Source: Octopus sinensis
Lineage: Eukaryota
DNA length: 64,000 nt
Assembly (NCBI RefSeq): GCF_006345805.1
Contig: NC_043004.1
Location: 53,196,001 to 53,260,000 of the forward strand
Reading direction: 5' to 3'
The notes under the pieces were generated by a model. It made no database searches and was not told the origin of the DNA. It saw nothing but the letters and a program-made list of their open reading frames with translations. Within the stretch, counting starts at the first letter, position 1; every line of letters begins with the position of its first letter. Position numbers and translations under genes: made by a program. This document shows, piece after piece, positions 28,395 to 41,951 of this stretch.

Positions 28395-30511
28395 AATTGT
28401 CACTGTATACCCTTTTTGTCATTATTATTAAATAAAATTCTCTACCGCATTGTAAAATGGGTTTCAACCCAGGGCTAGAAACCAATCTTAGTAACATCTA
28501 CAATGTGATTCAAATAGATTCTGTTATATCTGTGGGGAATTGACTTTTGCTAAAGAAAAGCGCAGTATTACACGCCATATCAAGAAGATATACAAGGCGT
28601 ACTTCGATTGTTACTTAGGAGGCCAGGATAAGTCATAGGCTCCTCATGTATGTTGCCTTACATGTGTGAAGACATTGAGTGCCTGGTATTCAGGAGAAAA
28701 TATTCACATGAAGATTTGGCGTGAGCGGAAATATTACTCTAATGATTACTATTTCTGTCACCATGACTTTACAGGCTGTACTACAGCAAAGAAAAAGAAA
28801 CACATTGTTTACCCATATTTGCAATCAGTAATGCGTCCAGTAGAGCACTCAGAAAAATTACCTGTGCACAAACCTCCAGATCAAGAAATGCAGAGTTCCA
28901 GCAGTGCTGATGAACATTCCAGTTGTGAATGTGTGGAGCCCAATGATCCAAATAGTGAGAATAAACCAATACCATTATCTCAAGAGGTTCTAAATGACTT
29001 GTGCAGAGATCTCTATTTAACCAAAGAGAAAACTGTGTTTTATGGCATCAAGACTTCAAGAACGTAATTGCTTTGAGAAAGGAGTGAAGATAACACTGTA
29101 CAGATAACGTACAGAAGGATGACTTATGCTTTTGTAATGACGTCATTGAACTTTTTGAGCAACTGGAAATACCATATGATAAAACCAAATGGCGACTTTG
29201 CATAGATGCATCCAAGGACAGCATCAAAGCTATTCTGCTACACAATGGTAACACTCTGCCTTCTGTCCCCATAGCTTATAGCACAACCATGAAAGAATCA
29301 TATGAAAGTTTGAACACAATTCTAACAAGTATTCAGTATGATGACCATACCTGGCATATTTGTGCATATTTTAAGGTTGAGGCAATACTCACTGGCCCTC
29401 AGCTTGGCTATACTAAATTTTGCTACTTTCTGTGCTTATGGAATTCCAGAGTAAGAGCTAAACATTATGCACGCGAGGACTGGCCGATCCGAGATGAAGT
29501 TGATCAAGGAAAACACAACATCATGCACAAACCACTTGTGAAAGGTGAAAGAATTTTTTTACCACCTTTGCATATTAATCTTGGTTTGTTTAAGCAATTT
29601 CTGAAAGCCTTGGACAAGGAATCCTCCGCATTTGCATATCTTGCAGAAAAGTTCCCTTCCCTGAGTCAAGCTAAAATTAAAGAAGGTTTCTTCATAGGTC
29701 TCCAAATTCGAAAAATTGTACTTGATGAAACTTTCATCACACATCTCAAGAGAAAAGAGAAGCTTGCCTTTGAGTCATTTAAGAAAGTTTGCGACAACTT
29801 CCTGGGCAACCATCGTTCAGAAAACTATGTGCAAGTTGTGAATGATCTGCTGAATCATTATCATGATATGGGATATAACATGTCTCTAAAATTCATGTGC
29901 TTCACTCTCATTTGGATTTTTTTGCGGAAAATCTTGGTCATGTGACTGATGAACATGGCGAAAGAGTCCATCAGGATATTTCAGTGATGGAGCGATGATT
30001 CAAAGGAAAATGGAACCCTGGTATGTTGGCAGACTACTGCTGGGGTATAAAAAAACAGATTACACTCCGCACAAGAGGCTTAGAAGGACAAATGTTGTTT
30101 AAACTGACGTGTGTTTTTAATTCATAACCAATATATGTTTTGTTACACCAACTAAATTTTTGTGATATTTTTTGTAACTTTCAGTATTTGCAATGTTGTG
30201 CTCAGTACGTAATATTCTGCAGTATATTATAAAACATATGGTTCATGGTACATGAAAACGGTGCCTAATCTGGAGAAATAAAGGCCAGAATCAGAAACAG
30301 GACAATTTGTTGACCCAGAAACAAGTCTTACTTAACTTGTACTTTTTTTTAACCTGAAATTTGTTACACAGTGTAATTAACGCCAGTTTGACAAATTTGT
30401 AAACGTAAGTATGGAAAATAGCTAGCAAATATGAAAATCAACACGGTGTCTATTGGTGGTAAAAGAAAACAGACCATTTAAGATTTTCCTAGCTTTCAAT
30501 GCTCTACATTA

Positions 30512-30908
30512 GCATGGATGCGTTGTGAGCAGATTGCTTCCCAGCCACATGGTTCTGTGTTTAGTCCCACGGCATGGCACCTTGAGAAAATGTCTTCTAG
30601 TGCAGCTTCGGGCCGACCAAAGACTTGTGAGTGGATTTCGAAGAAGGAAACTGAAAGAAGCACGTCGTATATATTTGTATATATTTGTGTGTTTGTGACT
30701 GTTTGTCCCTCCACCACCAGCATCACTTGACAACCAATGTTGGTGTATTTATTTCTCCGTAACTTAGTGGTTCGGCTAAGACGGATCGAATAAGAAGTAG
30801 GCTTACGAAAAATAAGTCCAGGGTTCGATTTCTTTTACTAAAAGGCGGTGCTCTAGCATGGTCACAGTCAAAATGATTGAAACAATGAAAAGAATGAAGA
30901 ATAAAAGT
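30512..30908 (+). mobile_element. tRNA-derived SINE (family 2)
   Basis: Colinear with 53312-53717. Confidence 0.8.
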
Positions 30909-30912
30909 ATAT

Positions 30913-30977
<65 letters not shown>

Positions 30978-31204
30978 GTGCGTGTGTGTGTGTGTGTGCG
31001 TGTGTGTGTGTGTGTATTTTCTGTGTCTGTGTTTGTCTCCTGCCACTGCTAGAAATGGGACTGAGAGAATGTACCAGGCTTAAAAAAAATAAGTACTGGT
31101 GTCCATTCATTCGACTAAACGTTCTTCGAGGCAATACCCTTTGCATGGCCCCGGTCTAATGACTGGTACAAGTAAAAGACATATGTTAGACATTTATCTA
31201 GTCT

Positions 31205-31640
31205 ATTCTATTACTTGTTTCAATCATTTGACTGCGGCCATGCTAGAGCACTGCCTTTAGTCGAACAAATTGACCCCAGCACTTATTCTTTTTAAGCCTA
31301 GTACTTATTCTATGGGACTCTTTTGCCGAACCACTAGGTTACGGGGACGTAAACACACCAGCATCGGCTGTCAAGCGATGGTGAGGGACAAGCACTGACA
31401 CACTAATACATACATGCGTACACACACATATATATATGTATGCATGTATATATATATGTATTACATATGAATATACACGAAAGGCTTCTTTCAGTTTCTG
31501 TCTATCAAATCCATTCACAAGGCTTTGGTCGGCTTGAGGCTATAGTAGAAGACACCTACTCAACGTGCCATGCAATGGGACTGAACCGTAACCCAGTGGT
31601 TGGGAAGCAAGATTCTTACAACCTAGCCACTCCTGCGCCT
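31205..31640 (-). mobile_element. tRNA-derived SINE (family 2), full length
   Basis: Reverse complement begins AGGCGCAGGAGTGGC, the same head as at 53312. Confidence 0.85.
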
Positions 31641-31965
31641 ATTCTATGTATAAATTTATACAAATACTCAGGTTTTTTATACTCCATATCATTAACTATC
31701 TTCAACAGATGGCATAATTACATACCTATATATTGCAATAATGTCCATATAAACTGTACTGTAGCAGTCACAGACTTTCTTACTTGATTTGCTCATTTAA
31801 GAATAAATATCTTTATACATTCCAGTAAGTATTTATCAACCTGAACCAGAATATTGCCGTAGACATTTAATGTTCTAAGCAAAATGTTCAAACACGAAGG
31901 CGCACTTTTATGTTACTTGTATTACTTGACTGATATATAAGTATATAAGTATTTATATATGTATG

Positions 31966-32036
<71 letters not shown>

Positions 32037-32060
32037 ATATATATATATATATATATCTAT

Positions 32061-32116
<56 letters not shown>

Positions 32117-33356
32117 ATATCTATCTATCTATCTATCTATCTATCTAACTTTCTATTTATCTGTCTATCCATCTATCTATTTATCTATCTATCTATATGT
32201 ATAAATATGTTTGCTTTAGAAGCGTTGAGATATCTAAAGAGTTAAGGAAAGTAATTTTTATTCTCAAACGCAGGATATTGATAATAATATAGCATGAACA
32301 GAAATCGACCCCTGGAATTATTTATTGTAAGCCTGCTTCTAATTCTATCTGTCTTAGGTGAACCACTAAGTTACGGGGGCGTAAACATACCAACATCGGA
32401 TGTCAAGCGATGCTGATAGTGGAGAGACAAACAGATACAAACACACAAATATATACGAGGTGCTTCTTAAAGATATATTATATATATATATATTAGAAGA
32501 AAGTCACTGAACATTTTTACGTAAGTGTTACTTGTATTATTTAAAAAGTTTTGATTCGGTTCAATGTGGCTTACACCACGTGGGCCTCTAACAGAAATGT
32601 GTGTGTGTGTCTGTCTGCTCCTTGTGTCTGTATGTGTGTGTAAATATATAGAGATTCATCAGGGAGTACAAATCCATGCGAAATACTTCAGAAGTTCTCC
32701 ATGGACAAAATACACCAGACTAAAATTTATCAAGTGAATGCTGTTGGAATCTAGGTAATATGAACTCAAGGTCTGTCACCAGTTAGATTTGTAAATCCGC
32801 AACCGGGTTACCAAGTTAAATTGTTGTGTTGCAGCAGAATATTATAGAAAATACAATACAAACAAATAACAGATTTTATACGATAATGAAAGATCTTCAA
32901 ACAATTCGGATATCGGAATATTTTGAAAGAAAGGATACTAAAAATACAGTAGGAATACTTTGCAGAATTCGACGGACAGTAGTATATAACTAAACGGGAA
33001 AGCGGAGAGAGAAAAGAGCGAATGAGAGAGAGACTGGTAGGAAGAATTAACATTAAAGTAAAACAGAAACACCTTAAATATGTTAAGATTATGAGAAAAT
33101 TAGAAATATAAAAGAAAGACATAAAATCACAAATAAAAAAAATTAAAATATAAAGCCAAAGCGATTCAAAATACGCTCATAAACATAACATTTCTTTGAG
33201 TAAGCAATTTTGTGCTATTAGATTTGAAAGAGTAACAAATCTTTGTGTAGTTCACTCTGTTCTAATTGTATGCATAATTAATTACCTTTGCTTTTATACT
33301 TATTTTCTCTTGTAGTTCTTGTTTGCTTTGTCAGATCTTTGGCTGTTTTAGAATAT

Positions 33357-33746
33357 ACTAGCAGTATCGCCCGGCGTTGCTCAGGTTTGTAAGGGAAATA
33401 ACTATAAAGCATTTTTAGAGAGTTATAGCCAAAAAATAGCAAAAAAATGGGAAAAAAATGATGGTAAATTTTTTTTTTGAGAGTAATAAAAGGTTGAGTT
33501 GCGTCCCCTAGACAGTCTGTGGTTTGTTATTTTTTATTCTCGACCCCATATCGAATTTATCGATTTTTTTCAGAACTGGGGGAACTTTTCAAAATTTTCG
33601 CTGCGTTAGTTTTGAATTATGACATTGGGCTATGTGTGTGTCAAGTTTCATCAGAATCGGTTGAAAGCCGTGGTCAGGGTGAGGGTACGAGAAAACAGAC
33701 ACACAGAAACACGCACAGACAAACTGCCGTTTATATAGAGAGAGAT
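33357..33746 (+). mobile_element. non-autonomous Helitron/Helentron-like (DINE-1/HINE-type) element
   Basis: Starts ACTAGCAGTATCGCCCGGCGTTGCTC with a subterminal hairpin and ends ACAGACAAACTGCCGTTTATATAGAGAGAT. Same 5' end as copies at 46419, 50923 and 51307. Class inferred from architecture. Confidence 0.6.
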
Positions 33747-34339
33747 AAAAGAAATCTGTTGCAGTGTTTATTTCGTGGTTATTATTGTTTTATTTCATTC
33801 TGAAACCAGGCTGTTTAATTCTTGTTTCGTGCAATGGAATAGGAAATTGTATGTGCGATAACGAACCGATCTTTTCTCAGCAATTACATTATGAGCAATG
33901 ACAAACTAGCACATTTACAACAGAAAATACATTACCCTTGTTGTTATAGTACCTTAACACAGAGAAATAGATTATCACTGGCGATAATATTGAAACAAAT
34001 ATAATATTATTGGGTGTCGTAAAATCATTGAAGTTCACAATTTTTGGTAGAAATTACAACAACTAACGCAGGATATGCTGCAGTCTTGTGTGTGATGGTA
34101 ACTGAAGAACAAAATCAAACCAAAACGACAAAACATTAGATACACGAAGAACCTGTCATTATTCTTCTAAGTTATCTAACACCACCTCTACGGATAGTAA
34201 AGTAGGGGAGACTATTCTGCTTGCCGCGTACTAAAGATAAAACTAGCCTTACAAAAGAAAAGGCGTAAAAGAGTAACTAAACTCTAGCAAATACTACTCA
34301 CGGTAAAATAGACCGTTTACAACAGAAACTACTTAATGT

Positions 34340-34463
34340 ATCGACCCCGAAAGGATGAAAGGCAAAGTCGACGTCGGCGAAATTTGAACTTAGAACGTAA
34401 CGGCAGACGAAATTCGGCTACGCATTTCGCCCGGCGTGCTAACGTTTCTGCCAGTTCGCCGCC
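34340..34463 (-). mobile_element. short tRNA-like SINE (family 3)
   Basis: Matches 37261-37494. Confidence 0.8.
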
Positions 34464-35033
34464 ACGTGTGACAAAACTGTACCTCCTCTACAGTAAGTGC
34501 CTATGATATTTCTGTAACATTATTGGCAGTAAATGACATCAATGAATATAAACACTGGAAAACAATACACGCAATGTTATTCATAGTAATATTTTTATTC
34601 AGTGGTTGAGAAACGTTTGAAGGAAAATGGACCGATTATCCTTTAATCAATGATAATTTTTGGTTTGATAATAATGATTAGTGTGGACAAGCGCTTGGGT
34701 AATTCTGAGAAAACATTCACCTTTATAACAGTGTCACCCGGTAAATATAATCTAGAGAGAGATAGAGAGAGAGAAAGAGAAAGACAGAGAAAAAGAGAGA
34801 GAGAGATTCGAATGTGTATGATTGCGTATAGAACTTAGTCTGACTTTCATATTTTATTATTTGTAATTTTAAGTTTACAATTTTTACGATATTGAATTAA
34901 ACTAGTACTTTCATGCGTTACGCAACCATCAGGCTTATGCAATTGACATGTGTCAATATATGTACGCATATAGGGATATACATACATATATACGTACCTA
35001 CATATACACGCATATATATTATATATATATATG

Positions 35034-35114
<81 letters not shown>

Positions 35115-35800
35115 CAAGGAACGGCCATAATAGGCCATTCACCCACTAGAAATAACAGCCAAAAGCTTCAACCGCAAAATAACATCAATTCCGTAAGCTT
35201 GATTGTGATGTTGAACTTAAAAATGGTCTATGACTATTTAATTTTTTCCCACTAGGCCGCTGGTGGCAAAAAAATTCTACAAAATTTTTTGCCACCCTAT
35301 ATTGATTAATTATGAATTTTCTGGTTAATTCCGTAATGGAATCGGCGGCTTATATTTATTTGCTGCCGATAAATTTGGCGCGAGTGCGATGATTTGAAAA
35401 TTTTAGGTCAGATATTGCCGAGGCAGGGTCGGAAATGCCTCGTGAAAATATCTGTTCCGACTTGGCTATTTCTTACTGATGATTCTAAGGGCCTATGGAA
35501 GATTGGCTTGATTTAATTTAATCAGGTTAGTTTACCATTAAACAGTAGATGAAACGGTGCATCGTATAAGAATTACAGGGTAAATGTTTTTTAATTTTCT
35601 CCTGGTTTACGGAATTGATGTTATTTTGCGGTTGAAGCTTTTGGCTGTTATTTCTAGTGGGTGAATGGCCTATTATGGCCGTTCCTTGATTGTGATGTTG
35701 AACTTAAAAATGGTCTATGACTATTTAATTTTTTCCCACTAGGCCGCTGGTGGCAAAAAAATTCTACAAAATTTTTTGCCACCCTATATTGATTAATTAT
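35115..35800 (+). mobile_element. non-coding retrozyme-like element (487-bp unit, terminal redundancy, 5' inversion) within (TA)n
   Basis: Block B is a direct repeat at 35199-35313 and 35686-35800. 82-bp block A (35115-35196) is the reverse complement of 35607-35688. A hammerhead lies in the middle, and both sides are (TA)n. Confidence 0.7.
35470..35572 (+). ncRNA. type I hammerhead ribozyme with extended stem II
   Basis: Stem I TTCTTA(35470-75)/TAAGAA(35567-72); CTGATGA 35476-82; 68-nt hairpin stem II; GAAA 35551-54; stem III ACGG/TCGT with palindromic TGCA loop; GUA triplet 35564-66. Confidence 0.8.
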
Positions 35801-35829
35801 ATATATATATATAATATATATATATATAG

Positions 35830-35864
<35 letters not shown>

Positions 35865-37260
35865 CACTCAAGAATGTTTACATATCTGTGCATATATGTA
35901 TAGAAAGACTGTTAATCTATTATTTTGAATAGAGATTTTTAGAATTGGAGAAAAGAAGACTATGTACGGAAGATTCGGTTTCTAGTACTCAACTGACACT
36001 CTTAAGATAATAATCAAATATTAGTACACATGGCAATACTTTTGCCTTAGAAAGTGAGAAAATGCATTTTATATAATGTCTTTGTATAATCTAATTTGTG
36101 AAAAACAGCAGGACATTTTAACAGCCTTCAGTTAATTCACCGTTCACGTCCAAACGTAAAGACATGCTAATCTACGCAGGACTATGTGAGAATTAAGTGA
36201 AAATGTGATTGATATTCTCCGAATAATTTCAGGAGAACAAGATGTGTCACAGCCATCGAACGGCAATCTAGTTCTGACATAAAACTTTGTGGCTTGTTAA
36301 GCCATGGCACTTTTGTCGAAATTGGTATATGCCTTCAGCATCTGGAACTAAGCAGCAACAACAACCATAGAAATAAAAATAAATGCTGTTAATCAACTAT
36401 TTCATACAGTTGTCCACTTCGTTTGATACCTCTTACAGTCCCACAACGTCTATTCTGTAAATCTAAGTGAAGACCTACCTATGATACATGATTTATTGAC
36501 ATGAGCCATCTTCCGTCATATGTTTGACGTTTTCAATTAAAGAAATCATTAACTTGTGGTCTGCATCACTAATTTTTAATCCGTCCTTTCACATTAAATA
36601 AAGCTGATTATTCAACTTTTGGGTTCAAATTTTTTCTTTCACAGATATAGCAACCATTTTTCTCTTTCTCTCCCTCTTCTCTTCTTTTATTGCCTTCTCC
36701 TTATTAATTTGCGCCGTATCTGTTTCTCTCTACTAACTCCATTTCAAAACCTGCCTGTCACTGTCACTTCATTTACCCTTCCCTCATTATTACTATCCGT
36801 TCCCATATTTCTCGCACAAAAGTTGTTCTCTTTCCCTGTCTATTTCCCAGTATCAATAGCTTTCTCTCTTATTCTCTTTACATCCCCACGAACCTCTCTC
36901 ATTTCTTCTCATATCGTCGTCCCTCGGATATATTAACTTTCTCATATGACCCCGCTACTCTCGTTCCTAAACTCTCTAAAATATTTCTATCCTTTTTCTA
37001 CAATTAACAACTATACATTCACCCGTCCACCACCGACAATTCGCCTTCAGTACCCCTCTTTACAAATATTCTGCCTCCCACTATACGTACCCACCTCCAC
37101 TTAACTGCCATTGTATTATCACCTTGATCCAAACAATATTCCCTCATTTATAGACAAGATATCACATCAGCTCATTTCTATCCTACTCACTTCTTCACAA
37201 ACATCGAATATTTCCTCCTCTTCACACATATTTCTCTCCCATTTTATTTCCCCACCTATA

Positions 37261-37494
37261 CCTATTTCTTTACTACCCACAAGGGGCTAAACACAGAGGG
37301 GACAAACGAGGACAGACAAACGGATTAAGTCGATTATATCGGCCCCAGTGCGTAACTAGTACTTAATTTGTCGACTCCGAAAGGATGAAAGGCAAAGTCG
37401 ACCTCGGCGGAATTTGAACTCAGAACGTAACAGCAGACGAAATACCGCTAAGCATTTCGCTCAGCATGCTAACGTTTCTGCCAGCTCACCGCCT
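37261..37494 (-). mobile_element. short tRNA-like SINE (family 3), near full length
   Basis: Reverse complement GGCGGTGAGCTGGCAGAAACGTTAGC..GAGTTCAAATTCC..CCCTTGTGGGTAGTAAAGAAATAGG; several other copies in the window. Confidence 0.85.
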
Positions 37495-37589
37495 TCTTTC
37501 CACATCAATACCACAAGCACCTCCACCATTGCCATCAACACCAGCGTAACGACAACCACCATCACTCGCTACTACAGCTACAACAATTA

Positions 37590-37622
<33 letters not shown>

Positions 37623-39194
37623 CGCCACCACCACCACTACTGCTACTACTACTACTACTACCGCCACCACTACTACTACTGCTACTACTATTAATACTGC
37701 TACTACTATTAATACTACTACTACGACGACGACTACTACTACTACTTCTATCATTAGCGTCATCCGTATTACCCTTCCCAGCCACAAACAAATGCATGCA
37801 TTATAACGAAGTATAGTCTTCATCATCAGCCAACACGAATCCTACAACCAGCATGAACATAACCGTAAACCATTACGAACAACACGTTAACCATAAACAC
37901 GAGTGAAGACCACACCAACAGTTTTCTCCTCACAACACCCTCACCGCTGCATTAAACACAGCATCAAACAGCATTCACTATTTCTACCACCACCACTACC
38001 AACAATAACATATATACCATCAAGAATTTAAGAAATCCCTAATATTTTCCATCAATCACTGCAGTATATCTATTCTCGCTTCTGGCCAAATAATAATCAC
38101 TGATAGTCTTTGTGATTAAGAAATTAAATCTACAACGAAACAACTCCATAAACATATATGCTGTGCAATTATTGGTTTTATACCTACCTATATAATGAGA
38201 TTCCTCTCTTAAGAGAATTGAATCAGTAGCGCACTTGTTTATTTATTTATTTATTCATTCATTCATGTAATTATATATATTTTTTAGTTATTTATTCATT
38301 CATTTATCCATCCAGTTATTTATTCGTTATTTATTTTTATATTTTGATTCCCATTACGTTCGTTCGCGTTGTAATTGCTTCCTAACGTTCAAGAATTTCC
38401 TTCATAAAAAAAAAACCCAAACCAGATAAAATATGTAAATTAAAACAAGAGAATCTGGATTAGCTAAAACAAAATTTTATTGAAGTTTCCTTCTAGAGAT
38501 TTGCTTCGTAATGAGTATGTAATTAGAGGATACAAACATGATTAAGTACGTGTGTGCATACATATGTGATTATATATGCGTGTGTAAGCTTAAACAGAAT
38601 TATGCATTATATACATAAGTGCATTATATATACATAGATAGGCAGAAAGACAGACATATTGATGCATATGTACACCCATGAGCATTTGGCTGCGTCTATG
38701 TACGTATATGCACGTTTTGTGCATGTGTAGGATGTGTAGGATCAGTTTAGCCAAATACTTAAGACATTCACGAACCAAGAGATCCTGGGATTGCTTACAC
38801 AACTTTCTTGTGCAGGTTTAATTTTTGTCAGCCAAGGGGTGTCCTATTGCTTGGTAATAGGATTGGTTTGCCATAGAATATATATAGAAGCTCATATGCT
38901 AGATTGTTATTCCAGTTTGAAAAGGCTATTGCATGTGACCAAACTGTGTCACACTCATTGAATTAAGGATGCTCTTGCCTCTAGCGTGATCGCCCAGTTA
39001 GAGCAAGGATTTAAGTTGAGGGGATGAATTAATATTCATTGTCGAACAACGGGGAAGTACTGTGTGTCTCCGTGTGTGTTTGTGTAGATATATTGTATTA
39101 CATATATCATATGTATTATATATGACATGATAGACAAACAGACGCGCGCACTTACACACGCGCACGCACACACACGTACACACACACACTCACG

Positions 39195-39274
<80 letters not shown>

Positions 39275-39291
39275 TTATATGTACATATTTA

Positions 39292-40147
39292 GAAGGTGCC
39301 CTAAACGTCACTGATGGGTTTCAACTTTTAATAACCTCCTTAAACTTACAAATAAATGCATGAATTATTGATACAATATAAAAGGCATAATGGAAATGAA
39401 TGTGCAGAAGACAAATTTTGCAACACATCACATATGAAAAATGACGTCGATTGAATGACAGCCATTTTCCACTTCGCATGCCCGTGCTCTTTAACAAACA
39501 GGAACCATAACACCCTCAAGAGATTCAGACCCTACTTCTCTCATTTCTTTATTGATGTTCCCCTTCAGTTGCACTAGGGACATAAACCTCCTCTTTTAAA
39601 TATTTCCACAAGAAAATGTCCGGGCTAGTCAAGTCTGATGAGCGTGACGTTCAGTTGACATTGCTGTTACGGGAGAGTGTCCTATATCCAAAGCACTGCC
39701 GTAGGAACTGCATTGTTTCTCTTACGGTATGATCAGTTGCGCCATCTTGTTAGAACCATGTGCTAGATCTAGTTTGAATGGACTTCACGTTCTCCAGGCT
39801 TGACTAGAAAAGTTTTTTCTTGTGGGGTCGCTTGAAAGAGGGGATTTACGTCAACAAACTACAGACGCTGGTGCAACAGAAGGAGAACATCAATAGAGAA
39901 GATATAGAAGTGGGGTCGGAAACACCTCAGTGTGTTATGGAAACAGCACAGGCATGCAAAGCCGAAAATGGCTGCCATCTAAGCGATGTCATTTTCTATA
40001 TGTGATGTAGGAGTGTTGCAAAATTTGATATGTGTACATTAATTTGCATTATGTCCTTTATACTGTATCAAACTTTCATGCATCTATTTGTAAATTTAAG
40101 GAAGTTATTAAAAATTGAAACCCATCGGTGACATTTGGGACACACTG
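39292..40147 (+). mobile_element. internally deleted Tc1/mariner-superfamily element with ~135-bp imperfect TIRs
   Basis: 39292-39425 is an inverted match to 40015-40147, flanked by TA. The C-terminal relic FFLWGRLK..NGCHLSDVIF resembles rosa/DD41D-like transposases (subfamily tentative). Confidence 0.75.
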
Positions 40148-40274
40148 TATATACATGATACATACATATTACATTTAGCTTAATCTTGCAGATCAAATGC
40201 AAAAACGAAGCATATACTTGTGCCTGAGTGTGCATATATATACACAGATATATATATATGCTATATATCTATAA

Positions 40275-40348
<74 letters not shown>

Positions 40349-40768
40349 GAGTGTGTATGTATTTATATGTATATGTATATATACATGTGGGTGTATATAT
40401 ATATATATATATATATGCCATTAAAGTAAGCATTTCAGATTGTTCATATACAAAGGCATGTGATAGAGAAAAAGGAGAGAAAGACAGAGAGAAAAAGAAA
40501 ACAATAAAATATAACAAAAAGTAAATAAAGTAAATAAAGCGGAAAGAGGGAAATAAAATTCATAGCGACAATGCTCTTCTACGTATGTGACGTACCAGTT
40601 AAGACAATGATAACACTTTCAGTCAGTTAACTGCAGAAGCCATGAGGGCCACTGTCTGGTGCTGCATATTATTATTCAAATTCCGCCGTGGTCGACTTTG
40701 CATTACATTCTTTTCGTGGTTGATAAAATAAGTGCCAGTTAAGCACTGGGGTCGATCTAATTTACTTA

Positions 40769-40820
40769 CCCAAACTTGCTGGCTCCCCCAAACTTGCTGG
40801 CTCCCCCAAACTTGCTGGCC
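40769..40820 (+). repeat. three tandem copies of an 18-bp unit (CCCCCAAACTTGCTGGCT) in a SINE tail
   Basis: Directly visible; no spacers. Confidence 0.9.
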
Positions 40821-40858
40821 TTGTGCCAAAATTCGAAATCCTCATCATCATCATCATC

Positions 40859-40920
<62 letters not shown>

Positions 40921-40926
40921 CATTAT

Positions 40927-41565
40927 TTTCTCTTTAGCACGGGTGGTTTTGATGGAGCTCCTGGAGTCTTCCATACGTAGCGGGCTTACTAACTGCAGCC
41001 TACAGTACAGTGCTAATCGCTGTTTTCAACTAATACTTTCTTCATTATTCTGGCGTGCCAAGGAGGCAAATCTTTTGTAACAGTTTTACTGGGCACTCTG
41101 TTCTAATTTCCTTTATATTTCTCTTGATGCCTTCTGATACTGTTCCCAAGGACTCAACAAGAATTGGCATTATCTTCACCTTCATAATTTTCCATAGCTT
41201 CGTCTTGCCTTTCTCTAGCCCCCACTTTTCGCACAGTTTTCAATGTAGCACTTTGGTTACCTAGTTGTGTTGCCACAACCTGTAGTGGCATTTGAGTAAG
41301 TCTAGGGCATTCGTTCGTGATATGGGCAATGGTTTTGTCCACTCTCTTGCAGATGCAACACAGCGGTGCCACTTGCACATTCTTCAGGTTGACCCTCCAG
41401 TTCATGGCCAGCGCTTTGTCCTGTGCTGCTAGTATAGTGCTCTCGGTCTCTATTTTTTTAGGGTTCCTTTCATCGGACAATCCTACCTATTTTTGCAGCA
41501 ACTTCTGTTGTGGATATATGGACTTGATTGCGTAGTCCCTTCTTATGTAATTATTCTTCATGTCC
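40927..41565 (-). mobile_element. R4/Dong-like RLE retrotransposon fragment (divergent subfamily)
   Basis: ETESTILAAQDKAL, CxxCxxxxxTIAHITNECP and LLQKICLLGTARIMKKVL; (TAA)n on both sides. Confidence 0.8.
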
Positions 41566-41620
<55 letters not shown>

Positions 41621-41734
41621 CATTGAGTGAGAGAGCAGTTCATGCCATCAAAGCAACACTGGGGTAAAATATACGAAGCCCAATATACCCATCATGACTA
41701 CCCGTCTGATGAAGGTACACCAGGCACATGCATC

Positions 41735-41776
<42 letters not shown>

Positions 41777-41789
41777 CATTATTATTATT

Positions 41790-41827
<38 letters not shown>

Positions 41828-41849
41828 GATTATTATTATTATTATTATT

Positions 41850-41896
<47 letters not shown>

Positions 41897-41901
41897 TATT
41901 A

Positions 41902-41936
<35 letters not shown>

Positions 41937-41951
41937 GTTATTATTATTATT

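Noticed and set aside
29946-29965. CTGATGA..GAAA spacing resembling a hammerhead
   Set aside because: It is the coding sequence for DEHGER in the Chapaev transposase, and no stems form.
40769-40820. Short direct repeats that could be mistaken for a CRISPR array
   Set aside because: Contiguous tandem 18-mers with no spacers, in a eukaryotic SINE tail, with no cas genes.
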